A stretch of 32,000 nt of DNA from Aquifex aeolicus VF5. GTDB taxonomy: Bacteria > Aquificota > Aquificia > Aquificales > Aquificaceae. This document shows, piece by piece, positions 1-8,085 of the stretch. Both the position numbers and the translations under genes were made by a program. Below the pieces are notes generated by a model. The model did not search any database, was not told the origin of the DNA, and worked only from the letters and a program-made list of their open reading frames with translations. How positions within the stretch are numbered: the first letter of the stretch is position 1; every line of letters begins with the position of its first letter. The stretch is from positions 600,001 through 632,000 of the forward strand of contig NC_000918.1 of assembly GCF_000008625.1 (NCBI RefSeq). Reading direction: 5' to 3'.

Positions 1-338
1 AGGATAAGCGTAGCGGTCATTAAGTCCAGAAGGGCGTAAAAGCGTCTGTATCCAGGCTCGTCCCTCATGTAGTTTTCCGCGTACTTGTGTATCACAGAAC
101 TGACGAGGAGTATGTAAGTAGAGAGGAGCAGCCCCAGTCTGTCTGGAAAGAGCTCTAAAACTCCGAAGAGAGAAAAGTGACCAAATGATCCAGTAAGCAG
201 GAGAATTAAAGAAATGAGGAAGTTTGTGAGTGTAAAAGAAGTACTCAGCCGCGCTCCCAGAACTCTATTCTCAAGCCTATAGACAAGAAAAGCGGAAACC
301 AGTTGCAGGAGTATAGGGAGGATGATCATGTATTGCAT
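1..338 (-). CDS. Proton-conducting membrane transporter, NuoL/MrpA/DabB-like, N-terminal part (3' end outside window)
   Basis: Not in the ORF track because it runs off the edge. Reverse-strand translation from ATG at 338 is open to position 1: MQYMIILPILLQLVSAFLVYRLENRVLGARLSTSFTLTNFLISLILLLTGSFGHFSLFGVLELFPDRLGLLLSTYILLVSSVIHKYAENYMRDEPGYRRFYALLDLMTATLI. Hydrophobic helices plus 'DRLGLLL...VHxYxxxYMxxD...RFYALL' resemble the NuoL family N-terminus. Confidence 0.6.
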   Translation of the reverse strand, partial: MQYMIILPILLQLVSAFLVYRLENRVLGARLSTSFTLTNFLISLILLLTGSFGHFSLFGVLELFPDRLGLLLSTYILLVSSVIHKYAENYMRDEPGYRRFYALLDLMTATLI

Positions 339-392
339 GGAAGGGTATTATAAGGGGAAAGGGAGAAAAAGGAAAGATGTTTTTTATCAGTT

Positions 393-596
393 TTAGATGA
401 GTTGTTGTTGTTTTTTGAGGGCTTTTAATATCTTCTTTCTCCTGTTCCTCTCCCTTTTCTTCTTCCTTTCACTCGGTGGCTCGTAGTACTCTCTCCTCTT
501 TAACTCGGTCAAAATTTGTTCCTGCTCAACTCTTGCCTTGAACCTCTTTAAAACCTTCTCTATAGGTTCTCCTTCCTGAACAATTACCGTAACCAA
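393..596 (-). CDS. rpsU: 30S ribosomal protein S21
   Basis: 67 aa, MVTVIVQEGEPIEKVLKRFKARVEQEQILTELKRREYYEPPSERKKKRERNRRKK, typical S21. TTG start preceded by AAAGGAGGTG. Confidence 0.93.
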   Translation of the reverse strand: MVTVIVQEGEPIEKVLKRFKARVEQEQILTELKRREYYEPPSERKKKRERNRRKKILKALKKQQQLI

Positions 597-655
597 GCTT
601 GCATCACCTCCTTTATCGGATTCGTAATTATACCAAATTAAAATCTATTTTAGAG

Positions 656-946
656 ATGTTCAAGTACATAATCTTAATAACATTTTTAATGGTTTTCAAC
701 CTGGTCTATTCAATCTACTCCCTGAGGGTGTGGAAGGAGTACACTGAAAGTTTCTACTTCTACTCACACCTCGTAAAGGAAAACATGTTGCTTATGAAGG
801 AAGTTCACGAGAGGATTAATTACAGAAAACTCCTGAAGTACGCAAGAAAGCACGGCTTTAAGGATGTAAGTCCGAAAGACGTCAAAGGAATTTTAGAGAT
901 ATATCTAACCAGCGAGAAGAGTGAACAATCGCGCCAGAAGAAATGA
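656..946 (+). CDS. Small bitopic membrane protein, FtsL/DivIC-like
   Basis: Trimmed from ORF 599..946. One N-terminal TM (MFKYIILITFLMVFNLVYSIYSL), a coiled-coil-like stretch, then 'LLKYARKHGFKDVSPKDVKGILEIYL', resembling the FtsL C-terminal pattern. Confidence 0.45.
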   Translation: MFKYIILITFLMVFNLVYSIYSLRVWKEYTESFYFYSHLVKENMLLMKEVHERINYRKLLKYARKHGFKDVSPKDVKGILEIYLTSEKSEQSRQKK

Positions 947-1706
947 AGTCCACACCTTCAACCGCGTAATCCAGAACGTTATCAAGGGTTATGTTTCCCG
1001 AGACCTCTACCAGCGCCCTTCCCTTTATAATTTCCACAGCTCTTTTTACTTCTTCCGGTGTGAAGTTGTCGAGCATAATCACGTCAACACCTGCACTCAG
1101 TGCTTCTTCTACCTCTTCCAAGTTTTCAACTTCCACCTCAATTTTGTAAACAGGGGAAATCCTTTCCCTTACCCTCTTTACAGCCTCCTTTATGCTTCCG
1201 GCCACCCTCTTGTGGTTGTCTTTGATGAGAACCATGTCGTAGAGTCCAAACCTGTGGTTCGTCCCGCCTCCTATCCGCACTGCGTACTTTTCAAAGTAAC
1301 GAAAACCCGGCGTTGTCTTCCGAGTGTCTAAAATTTTCACGTTAGTCCCTTTAAGTTTTTCTACAAACTTTCTCGCCGTTGTGGCGATTCCGGAAAGTCT
1401 CTGAAGGATATTCAGGGAAAGTCTCTCACCGATGAGGAGGCTCTTTGCATCTCCCTCAAGAATTGCAAGTATTTCTCCTTTTTCGAAAACCTCGCCTTCC
1501 CTTTTTTTGAACTCAACACTTACTCCGCCGAGAATTTCAAAAACCATCTCAACGAAGGGAGCACCTGCAAGTACGCCTTCTTCCTTTGTCTTTATTACCG
1601 CCTTTGCTTTTTCACCTCTGTAAATTCCTTCTGTAGTTATGTCGCCTGTTCCTATGTCTTCGAGTAAAAACTCTTTTAGTTTTTCCTTTACGAGGATTTC
1701 GTTCAT
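882..1706 (-). CDS. nadC: Nicotinate-nucleotide pyrophosphorylase (carboxylating)
   Basis: 274 aa. Contains EDIGTGDITT, NILQRLSGIATTARKFVE, DTRKTTPGFR, GGTNHRFGLYDMVLIKDNH and VEVEVENLEEV, all NadC signatures. Confidence 0.95.
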   Translation of the reverse strand: MNEILVKEKLKEFLLEDIGTGDITTEGIYRGEKAKAVIKTKEEGVLAGAPFVEMVFEILGGVSVEFKKREGEVFEKGEILAILEGDAKSLLIGERLSLNILQRLSGIATTARKFVEKLKGTNVKILDTRKTTPGFRYFEKYAVRIGGGTNHRFGLYDMVLIKDNHKRVAGSIKEAVKRVRERISPVYKIEVEVENLEEVEEALSAGVDVIMLDNFTPEEVKRAVEIIKGRALVEVSGNITLDNVLDYAVEGVDFISSGAIVHSSRWLDISLKFL

Positions 1707-1713
1707 GGTTGGG

Positions 1714-1801
1714 TGGTGGGGGTGGAGGGAGTCGAACCCTCACGGGCTTTTCGCCCAGGGGATTTTAAGTCCCCCGCGTCTGCCAATTCCGCCACACCCC
1801 C
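1714..1801 (-). tRNA. tRNA-Leu(UAA)
   Basis: Reverse strand GGGGGTGTGGCGGAATTGGCAGACGCGGGGGACTTAAAATCCCCTGGGCGAAAAGCCCGTGAGGGTTCGACTCCCTCCACCCCCACCA. Acceptor GGGGGTG/CACCCCC, long variable arm, anticodon TAA, encoded CCA. Confidence 0.95.
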
Positions 1802-1817
1802 TAACTAAAGAAATATA

Positions 1818-1845
1818 TTATACTTATAGAAAGAACTTTTCTCAA
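1818..1845 (-). promoter_or_regulatory. Candidate sigma70-type promoter for tRNA-Leu
   Basis: Reverse strand TTGAGA (1845-1840), 16 nt spacer, TATAAT (1823-1818). The -10 ends 16 nt before the mature tRNA 5' end, giving a leader of about 10 nt. Confidence 0.5.
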
Positions 1846-1851
1846 GAAATC

Positions 1852-3198
1852 ATGAGAGAACCCATCGTAGCTATAGCCACTCCTTACGGTGAGAGTGCAA
1901 TAGGTATAGTTCGCCTATCGGGAAAGGGCGTACTGGACTTAGTTAAGAAGTTCTTCAAAACGAAGAGGGAAATAAAGCCGAGGTACGCCCACTTCGGCGT
2001 TCTCTACGACGATAAAGGCGAAGAACTCGACGAAGGAGTCCTTATATACTACAAAGCTCCTCACTCCTATACGGGCGAGGATATGGTAGAACTCAACCTC
2101 CACGGAAATCCGAGGATTCTCAAAAGAGCTCTGGAACTTTTTGTAAACGCCGGAGCACGGCTCGCAGAACCCGGAGAGTTTACCAAGAGAGCCTTTTTAA
2201 ACGGAAAACTGGATTTAACTCAGGCGGAAGCCGTTGCGGAGTTAATATCCGCAAAAACGGAACTTGCGAGGAAGGTAGCCCTGAAACAACTTCACGGAGA
2301 GCTTTCAAAACACATAAGACCTTTGAGAGAAACGCTTCTGGAACTCCTCGCCTACGTAGAGGCTGACATAGAGTTCGCGGAGGAAGACATACCGACCCTA
2401 ACAAAGGAACAGGTAATCCAGATGGTGGACAAAGTAATAGAGGGAATAAACGAACTCCTGAAAACCGCAAAAACCGGAAAGTTCATAAGGGAAGGTGTAA
2501 AATTAGCTATCGTTGGAAGACCCAACGTAGGAAAGTCCTCCCTCTTTAACGCACTCCTCAAAGAGGAGAGGGCTATAGTCACGGACATAGCTGGAACCAC
2601 GAGGGACTTTATAGAGGAAACTCTCCAGATAAAGGGAGTGCCCGTAAGACTCGTAGACACCGCGGGAATAAGGGAAACTAAAGACCTGGTTGAGAGAATA
2701 GGAGTAGAAAGGAGCAAACAAAAGGTTAAGGAAGCGGATCTTATTCTCTTCGTAATAGACGCAAGTCAGGAAATTACCGAGGAGGATTTAAGGATATACG
2801 AGGAGATAAAGGAAAAGGATCACATCGTAGTGGCTAACAAGGTGGACTTAGGGATTAGGGCAAATCTCGAAAAGTTTAAAGGAGAAAAAATTGTAAAGGT
2901 GAGTGCTTTAAAGGGAACTGGACTGGAGGAGCTTTCCGAGGAAATTCTGAAAAAAGTCGGTGCAAATCTCGAAGAAAGTGTTAATATATACATATCCGTT
3001 AGACACGAAACTCTTCTCAAAAAGGCAAAAGAAGTTTTAGAAAGGTTTAAGGAGGAGTTCAGGGAAAAAGATATAAGTCCTGAAATCGCCATGCTTGACC
3101 TGAGGGAAGCTTCGGACTACTTGGGAGAAATTTTGGGAGAGATTACCACGGAGGATCTTTTAGGAAAAATCTTTTCCACCTTCTGCATAGGAAAGTAA
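1852..3198 (+). CDS. mnmE: tRNA uridine-5-carboxymethylaminomethyl modification GTPase MnmE (TrmE/ThdF)
   Basis: Start trimmed to MREPIVAIATPYGESAIGIVRLSG. GTPase motifs GRPNVGKSSLFN, DTAGIR, NKVD. C-terminal FCIGK is the MnmE signature. Confidence 0.95.
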   Translation: MREPIVAIATPYGESAIGIVRLSGKGVLDLVKKFFKTKREIKPRYAHFGVLYDDKGEELDEGVLIYYKAPHSYTGEDMVELNLHGNPRILKRALELFVNAGARLAEPGEFTKRAFLNGKLDLTQAEAVAELISAKTELARKVALKQLHGELSKHIRPLRETLLELLAYVEADIEFAEEDIPTLTKEQVIQMVDKVIEGINELLKTAKTGKFIREGVKLAIVGRPNVGKSSLFNALLKEERAIVTDIAGTTRDFIEETLQIKGVPVRLVDTAGIRETKDLVERIGVERSKQKVKEADLILFVIDASQEITEEDLRIYEEIKEKDHIVVANKVDLGIRANLEKFKGEKIVKVSALKGTGLEELSEEILKKVGANLEESVNIYISVRHETLLKKAKEVLERFKEEFREKDISPEIAMLDLREASDYLGEILGEITTEDLLGKIFSTFCIGK

Positions 3199-3213
3199 GA
3201 AGAGGAGGTTATC

Positions 3214-4524
3214 ATGACTCAGCAAACCGCTCAACAAGAACAACAAAAGAGTGAAGTAAAAATTTACAGCAGGGAAGAGTTAAAACAAAAGACCTTAGCG
3301 GAGCTCCAGAAAATCGGGAAGGAGCTCGGACTCACCAGAACCACGGGACTTAAAAAAGAGGAGTTAATAGAGAAAATACTAAAAGCTCAGCTCGAAAAGA
3401 GCAGACTCGTTTTCGTAAAAGGTGTCCTCGAAATTCTCCCCGAAGGCTACGGCTTCTTAAGGATGCCGGAGAACAACTACATGCCAAGCTGGAACGACGT
3501 TTACGTTGCCCCCTCCCAGATAAAGAAGTTCGGACTCAGAACGGGAGATACGATTGAGGGCTTTGCGAGACTGCCCAGAGAAAACGAAAAGTACAAGGCG
3601 TTGATCAGAATGGAATCCGTGAACGGACTTCCGCCTGACCCCGAAATACTCAAGAGAAGACCCCAGTTTGAAAAGCTCACACCCCTTCACCCCATGGAAA
3701 GGTTCAAACTCGAGTACGACCCGAATGAGCTCTCCACCCGTGTGGTCAGCCTGATAGCACCTATAGGTAAGGGACAGAGAGGATTAATAGTAGCACCTCC
3801 GAAGGCCGGAAAAACGGTTCTCCTCCAGAAAATAGCCCAAGCTATTATAAGAAACCACCCAGAAGTTTACCTCATAATTCTCCTGATAGACGAAAGACCC
3901 GAAGAAGTCACTGAAATGAGAAGGATAGTGAAGGACAAGGCTGAAGTAGTAGCATCTACTTTTGACGAACCACCCGAAAGGCACATGCAGGTTGCGGAAA
4001 TAGTCGTGGAAAAGGCAAAGAGAATGGTAGAACTCAAGAAAGACGTAGTAATACTTATGGACTCCTTGACAAGGTTTACGAGAGCTTCTAACGCGGTGAC
4101 TCCTCCTACGGGCAGAGTTCTCACGGGTGGTATAGAAATCACAGCCTTCCAGAGACCTAAAAAGTTCTTTGGTGCTGCGCGGAACATAGAAGAGGGAGGA
4201 AGCCTCACCATAATCGCAACCGCTCTCGTAGAGACAGGTTCAAAGATGGACGATGTAATCTACGAAGAGTTCAAAGGAACGGGTAATATGGAAATACACC
4301 TCGACAGAAGACTAATGGAAAGGAGGATATTCCCCGCCATAAACATAGAAAAGTCAGGAACCAGAAAGGAAGAACTCCTTTTAGAGCCCTGGGAACTCCA
4401 GAGGATTTGGGTTCTCAGGAAGTTCCTGTCAACAATGGACCCTGTGGAGGCTATGGAATTCCTCCTTGAAAAACTGAGAAGGTTCAAAACGAACGAGGAG
4501 TTCCTTAAAGCCATGAACGCTTGA
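3214..4524 (+). CDS. rho: Transcription termination factor Rho
   Basis: 436 aa. [20 protein letters not shown]-like [43 protein letters not shown]. Confidence 0.97.
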   Translation: MTQQTAQQEQQKSEVKIYSREELKQKTLAELQKIGKELGLTRTTGLKKEELIEKILKAQLEKSRLVFVKGVLEILPEGYGFLRMPENNYMPSWNDVYVAPSQIKKFGLRTGDTIEGFARLPRENEKYKALIRMESVNGLPPDPEILKRRPQFEKLTPLHPMERFKLEYDPNELSTRVVSLIAPIGKGQRGLIVAPPKAGKTVLLQKIAQAIIRNHPEVYLIILLIDERPEEVTEMRRIVKDKAEVVASTFDEPPERHMQVAEIVVEKAKRMVELKKDVVILMDSLTRFTRASNAVTPPTGRVLTGGIEITAFQRPKKFFGAARNIEEGGSLTIIATALVETGSKMDDVIYEEFKGTGNMEIHLDRRLMERRIFPAINIEKSGTRKEELLLEPWELQRIWVLRKFLSTMDPVEAMEFLLEKLRRFKTNEEFLKAMNA

Positions 4525-4574
4525 AAGCGAAGAACTTTTATAATAACTTTTTTATCTTGCGAGGAGGTAGGTAA

Positions 4575-4781
4575 ATGAAGAAGGGTATTCACCCCGAACT
4601 AAAACCCACAACTTTCGTATGCGGTTGCGGAAACACCTTTACGCTTCTCTCCACAAAAGGAGGAACTGTTTACTTAGAAGTTTGCAACCAGTGTCACCCC
4701 TTTTACGCGGGCAAACTGAAGATAAAGCCCGCTTACTACGAAATGCTTGCGGAATTTGAAGGAGGTAAGAAAGAAGAGTAA
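4575..4781 (+). CDS. rpmE: 50S ribosomal protein L31
   Basis: 68 aa MKKGIHPELKPTTFVCGCGNTF...CNQCHPFYAGK. Cys-containing zinc-type L31. GAGGAGGTAGG SD. Confidence 0.93.
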   Translation: MKKGIHPELKPTTFVCGCGNTFTLLSTKGGTVYLEVCNQCHPFYAGKLKIKPAYYEMLAEFEGGKKEE

Positions 4782-4784
4782 AAA

Positions 4785-5873
4785 ATGCTGAAGGAAGCCT
4801 ACATATCCAGACTTGACAAACTCCAGGAAAAGTACAGGAAACTTCAGGAAGAACTCAGTAAACCCGAAGTAATACAGGACGTAGAAAAGTACAAGAAACT
4901 CAGTAAAGAGCTTAAAGAACTCCAGGAGATAAACGAGCTATACGAAAGATACAAAAAAGCCCAGAAGGAATTAAAGGAAGCAAAGGAGCTTTTGAAGAGT
5001 TCGGACAAGGACTTAAGGGAACTCGCGGAAGAAGAGGTAAACAGACTTACTGAAGAGATGAAGAAACTTGAAGAAGAGTTAAAGGTTCACCTGGTTCCAA
5101 AGGATCCAAACGATACTAAAAACGTTATCCTTGAAATAAGGGCGGGAGCGGGTGGTGAGGAGGCTGCCCTCTTTGCCGCGGACCTCTTCAGGATGTACCA
5201 GAAGTACGCAGAAGAAAAGGGCTGGAAGGTAAGTATACTCTCTTCAAACAAAACGGGACTCGGCGGATACAAGGAAGTAATAGCCCTTATAGAAGGTGAA
5301 GGTGCTTATTCGAGGCTAAAGTACGAAAGCGGTGTCCACAGGGTTCAAAGAGTACCTGTCACCGAAAGTAGCGGAAGGATTCACACCTCAACCGCCACCG
5401 TGGCGGTTCTTCCCGAAGTTGACGAAACGGACATAAAGATTAAGCCAGAGGAACTGAAAATAGAAACCTTCAGGGCTTCGGGAGCGGGCGGACAGTACGT
5501 GAACACCACCGAAACAGCTGTAAGGATTACACACATACCTACGGGTATAGTGGTTCAGTGCCAGGATGAAAGGTCTCAATTCCAGAACAAACAAAAAGCT
5601 CTTAAAATCCTGTACGCGAAACTAAAGGACTACTACGAAAGAAAGAAGCAGGAAGAAATAGCGAAGGAAAGAAAGGAACAGGTCGGAACTGGAGAGAGGA
5701 GTGAAAAGATAAGAACTTACAACTTCCCTCAAAATAGGGTTACCGATCACAGGATAAACCTAACCCTTTACAAGCTTCAGGATGTTCTGGAAGGAAAACT
5801 GGACGAAATAATAGACGCCTTGAGGGCGAAGGAAATAGAAAAGAAACTGGAACTAGTAGAAAAGGAAGGTTAA
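4785..5873 (+). CDS. prfA: Peptide chain release factor 1
   Basis: 362 aa. [47 protein letters not shown] (GGQ). Confidence 0.96.
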   Translation: MLKEAYISRLDKLQEKYRKLQEELSKPEVIQDVEKYKKLSKELKELQEINELYERYKKAQKELKEAKELLKSSDKDLRELAEEEVNRLTEEMKKLEEELKVHLVPKDPNDTKNVILEIRAGAGGEEAALFAADLFRMYQKYAEEKGWKVSILSSNKTGLGGYKEVIALIEGEGAYSRLKYESGVHRVQRVPVTESSGRIHTSTATVAVLPEVDETDIKIKPEELKIETFRASGAGGQYVNTTETAVRITHIPTGIVVQCQDERSQFQNKQKALKILYAKLKDYYERKKQEEIAKERKEQVGTGERSEKIRTYNFPQNRVTDHRINLTLYKLQDVLEGKLDEIIDALRAKEIEKKLELVEKEG

Positions 5874-6106
5874 TCCTTTATAGGGATACTTATCCAGAGT
5901 TGTTCCTTGTCTACATCCTCCCTTTTGAGGTTAACTTCTATGTTGCTGGCGTCAAAGTAGGGGTACTTTCCAAACACGCTAACCAAGTCTCTTTTTATCT
6001 CCTCTACTATACTCGGCGGAAGTCCGCTTCTTTCGTAAGATAAAACTAATTGCAGACGTTTCTTAGCCACGTCTTTACTTTTTCTCGATTTAAATAATCC
6101 GAACAA
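5870..6106 (-). CDS. minE: Cell division topological specificity factor MinE
   Basis: 78 aa; [38 protein letters not shown]...VNLKR, downstream of minD. Confidence 0.88.
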   Translation of the reverse strand: MFGLFKSRKSKDVAKKRLQLVLSYERSGLPPSIVEEIKRDLVSVFGKYPYFDASNIEVNLKREDVDKEQLWISIPIKD

Positions 6107-6110
6107 TTTC

Positions 6111-6899
6111 TTACCCTCCTAGTAACCGGCTCAAAAGCCCTTTCTTTTCTCCGTAGCGCTTCAGGGGAATGCTTTCACCCATTAACCTGCGGGCTGTGTC
6201 TATTATGGCTTGAGATGCGGGAAACTTTTCATCAAGTACTATAGGCTCACCCCTATTAGTAAAGTCCACGAGTTTCGGTTCTTCGGGAATTATACCGATA
6301 ATTTCGGCTTTAAGTATATCTACTATATCCTCAACTGATAGCATAGCCCCCCTTTTCACCATTTCCCACTTTATCCTGTTTACGATAACTTTGTAATTTC
6401 TCTTGTCCATGCTCTCCAGAAGCCCTATTACCCTGTCCGCGTCCCTTATAGAGGAAACCTCTGGATTAACAACTATTAGAGCTTTGTCCGCAGGGGATAC
6501 CGCTATCTGAAAACCTTTTTCTATACCAGCAGGAGAATCTACGAGGATGTAATCGTAATTTCCTGAATTTTTAATCTCTTCTACAGTTTTGTTCCACTTT
6601 TCAATGTCTATTACGTCCTTATTTGCCCTCTGGTTTGCGGGAAGTAGCCATAGGGAAAGTCCCCTTTTGTCCTTCACGAGTGCTTTTTCATAAGGCACCC
6701 TTCCTTCAAGCACGTCAAGAATGTCGTATACTATCCTGTTTTCAAGACCTAGAATCATATCCAGGTTTCTCAACCCGATGTCTGCGTCGATTAAGAGGAC
6801 TTTTTTACCAAGCTTTGCGAGTGCGGTACCTATGTTTGCGGTAAGTGTAGTTTTTCCTACGCCTCCCTTTCCGGAGGTTATAACAATAACTTCAGCCAT
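6111..6899 (-). CDS. minD: Septum site-determining ATPase MinD
   Basis: 262 aa; ITSGKGGVGKTTLTANIGTALAKLGKKVLLIDADIGLRNLD, DSPAGIEKGF. Confidence 0.96.
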   Translation of the reverse strand: MAEVIVITSGKGGVGKTTLTANIGTALAKLGKKVLLIDADIGLRNLDMILGLENRIVYDILDVLEGRVPYEKALVKDKRGLSLWLLPANQRANKDVIDIEKWNKTVEEIKNSGNYDYILVDSPAGIEKGFQIAVSPADKALIVVNPEVSSIRDADRVIGLLESMDKRNYKVIVNRIKWEMVKRGAMLSVEDIVDILKAEIIGIIPEEPKLVDFTNRGEPIVLDEKFPASQAIIDTARRLMGESIPLKRYGEKKGLLSRLLGG

Positions 6900-7483
6900 C
6901 TTTCCGCTCCTTCTATTGGTTCTAATACTATATCTTCGCCCTCTATTTTTGCAACTTCCGGGTATCCCGGTGAGTTTCTATCCGCCTCCGACATTATAGC
7001 CTTCTTTTTCCCTATCTGGAGGAGTTGAGGCTCCATCTTGAGAGCCACTATGACCGCCGAGTGATCTCCTATCAAACCGGCCTTTGCAACACCCCTCAGC
7101 TTTCCCATAACTATGATGTTCCCACCAGCGAGGACCTCGGCATCTTTGTTCACATCTCCGAGTATTAAAATGTCTCCTCTGTGTTCTATCCTCTGACCTG
7201 CCCTTAACGTTCTCTCTATTATGAGAAGTCTGCTTTCTTCCCTTTTCTCCTTTCCTTCTTTCTTACCTTCTATAAAACCGCGTGAGAACTCCTTCAGGAT
7301 TTCTTCTACTTTTTTTCTCTCTTCCGGCTTTAATACTTCCGGGTTTTCAAGGATTATCAAGCTTCCTTTGAATATATTGTGGGAGAGTTTTTCTTTCAAT
7401 TCTTTAAGTAATTTATCTATGTTTCCTTTTTCCTTTATCTTTATCTGGATTACGGGAAGTGTTTTTCCCTTTATCTCTATCAC
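6878..7483 (-). CDS. minC: Septum site-determining protein MinC
   Basis: 201 aa; C-terminal LRAGQRIEHRGDILILGDVNKDAEVLAGGNIIVMGKLRGVAKAG beta-helix signature; upstream of minD. Confidence 0.92.
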   Translation of the reverse strand: MIEIKGKTLPVIQIKIKEKGNIDKLLKELKEKLSHNIFKGSLIILENPEVLKPEERKKVEEILKEFSRGFIEGKKEGKEKREESRLLIIERTLRAGQRIEHRGDILILGDVNKDAEVLAGGNIIVMGKLRGVAKAGLIGDHSAVIVALKMEPQLLQIGKKKAIMSEADRNSPGYPEVAKIEGEDIVLEPIEGAERWLKLLL

Positions 7484-7506
7484 CTTAACTATTATTATAA
7501 GGAAGT

Positions 7507-8085
7507 ATGGATGTGTTCGTTCTCGACACGAGCGTTTTCACAAACCCGGAGATATACAGAACCTTTGAAGAGGATCAGAGAGGAGCTATGGAAACCTTTA
7601 TACACCTTGCCCTGAATTCCAGAGCTGAGTTTTACATGCCCACTTCCGTTTACACGGAAATGAGAAAAATAATGGATGTGGGGGAACTCTGGGCGGAATT
7701 TGAGATGGTGGTAAAGATACGCTCTCCCAGGAGGTTTCAATTAACTGTTCCCGCGGATTTTCTCTATGAGTTCATAGAAGAACTCAGATATAGGATTAAT
7801 AAAGGTTTGAGGATAGCGGAAGAACACACGAGGGAAGCGAGCGGTTGTGAAGACGTCGGGAAATTAATAGCTAGGCTCAGGGAGAAGTACAGGGAAGCCC
7901 TCAGGCAGGGAATACTCGACAGTAAAGAGGACGTGGATGTGCTGCTCCTTGCCTACGAACTGGACGGGGTTCTCGTTTCGGCGGATGAAGGCCTCAGAAC
8001 ATGGGCGGACAAGATAGGTATAAAACTCATAGACCCTAAGAATTTCAAAAACATTTTAGAGAGCTTGGTAAGACACAGGTTTTAA
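7507..8085 (+). CDS. PIN-domain RNA-free ribonuclease P (HARP, Aq_880-type)
   Basis: 192 aa; [21 protein letters not shown]-terminal PIN motif, central helical region ([27 protein letters not shown]), C-terminal acidic motifs [39 protein letters not shown]. Matches the recalled HARP family. Neighbouring prfA, min and dxs genes fit the A. aeolicus context. Confidence 0.88.

Noticed and set aside
599-655. N-terminal extension of the FtsL-like ORF from 599
   Set aside because: The first 19 residues cover the presumed promoter and rpsU leader. A start at 656 gives a normal short cytoplasmic segment before the TM.
1639-1851. Upstream extension of the mnmE ORF (ATG/alternative start at 1639) crossing the tRNA-Leu locus and the nadC start
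   Set aside because: The extension is antisense to tRNA-Leu and encodes low-quality sequence (MSPVPMSSSKNSFSF...). The MnmE family N-terminus matches a start at 1852.
2352-2717. Antisense 121 aa ORF inside mnmE (also 2180..2470, 2503..2721 and 2820..3092)
   Set aside because: Shadow ORFs opposite a highly conserved gene, with serine/leucine-rich low-complexity translation and no family features.
3784-4592. Antisense ORFs opposite rho (3784..3984, 3867..4211, 4260..4592)
   Set aside because: Opposite a well-conserved coding region and without recognisable protein character.
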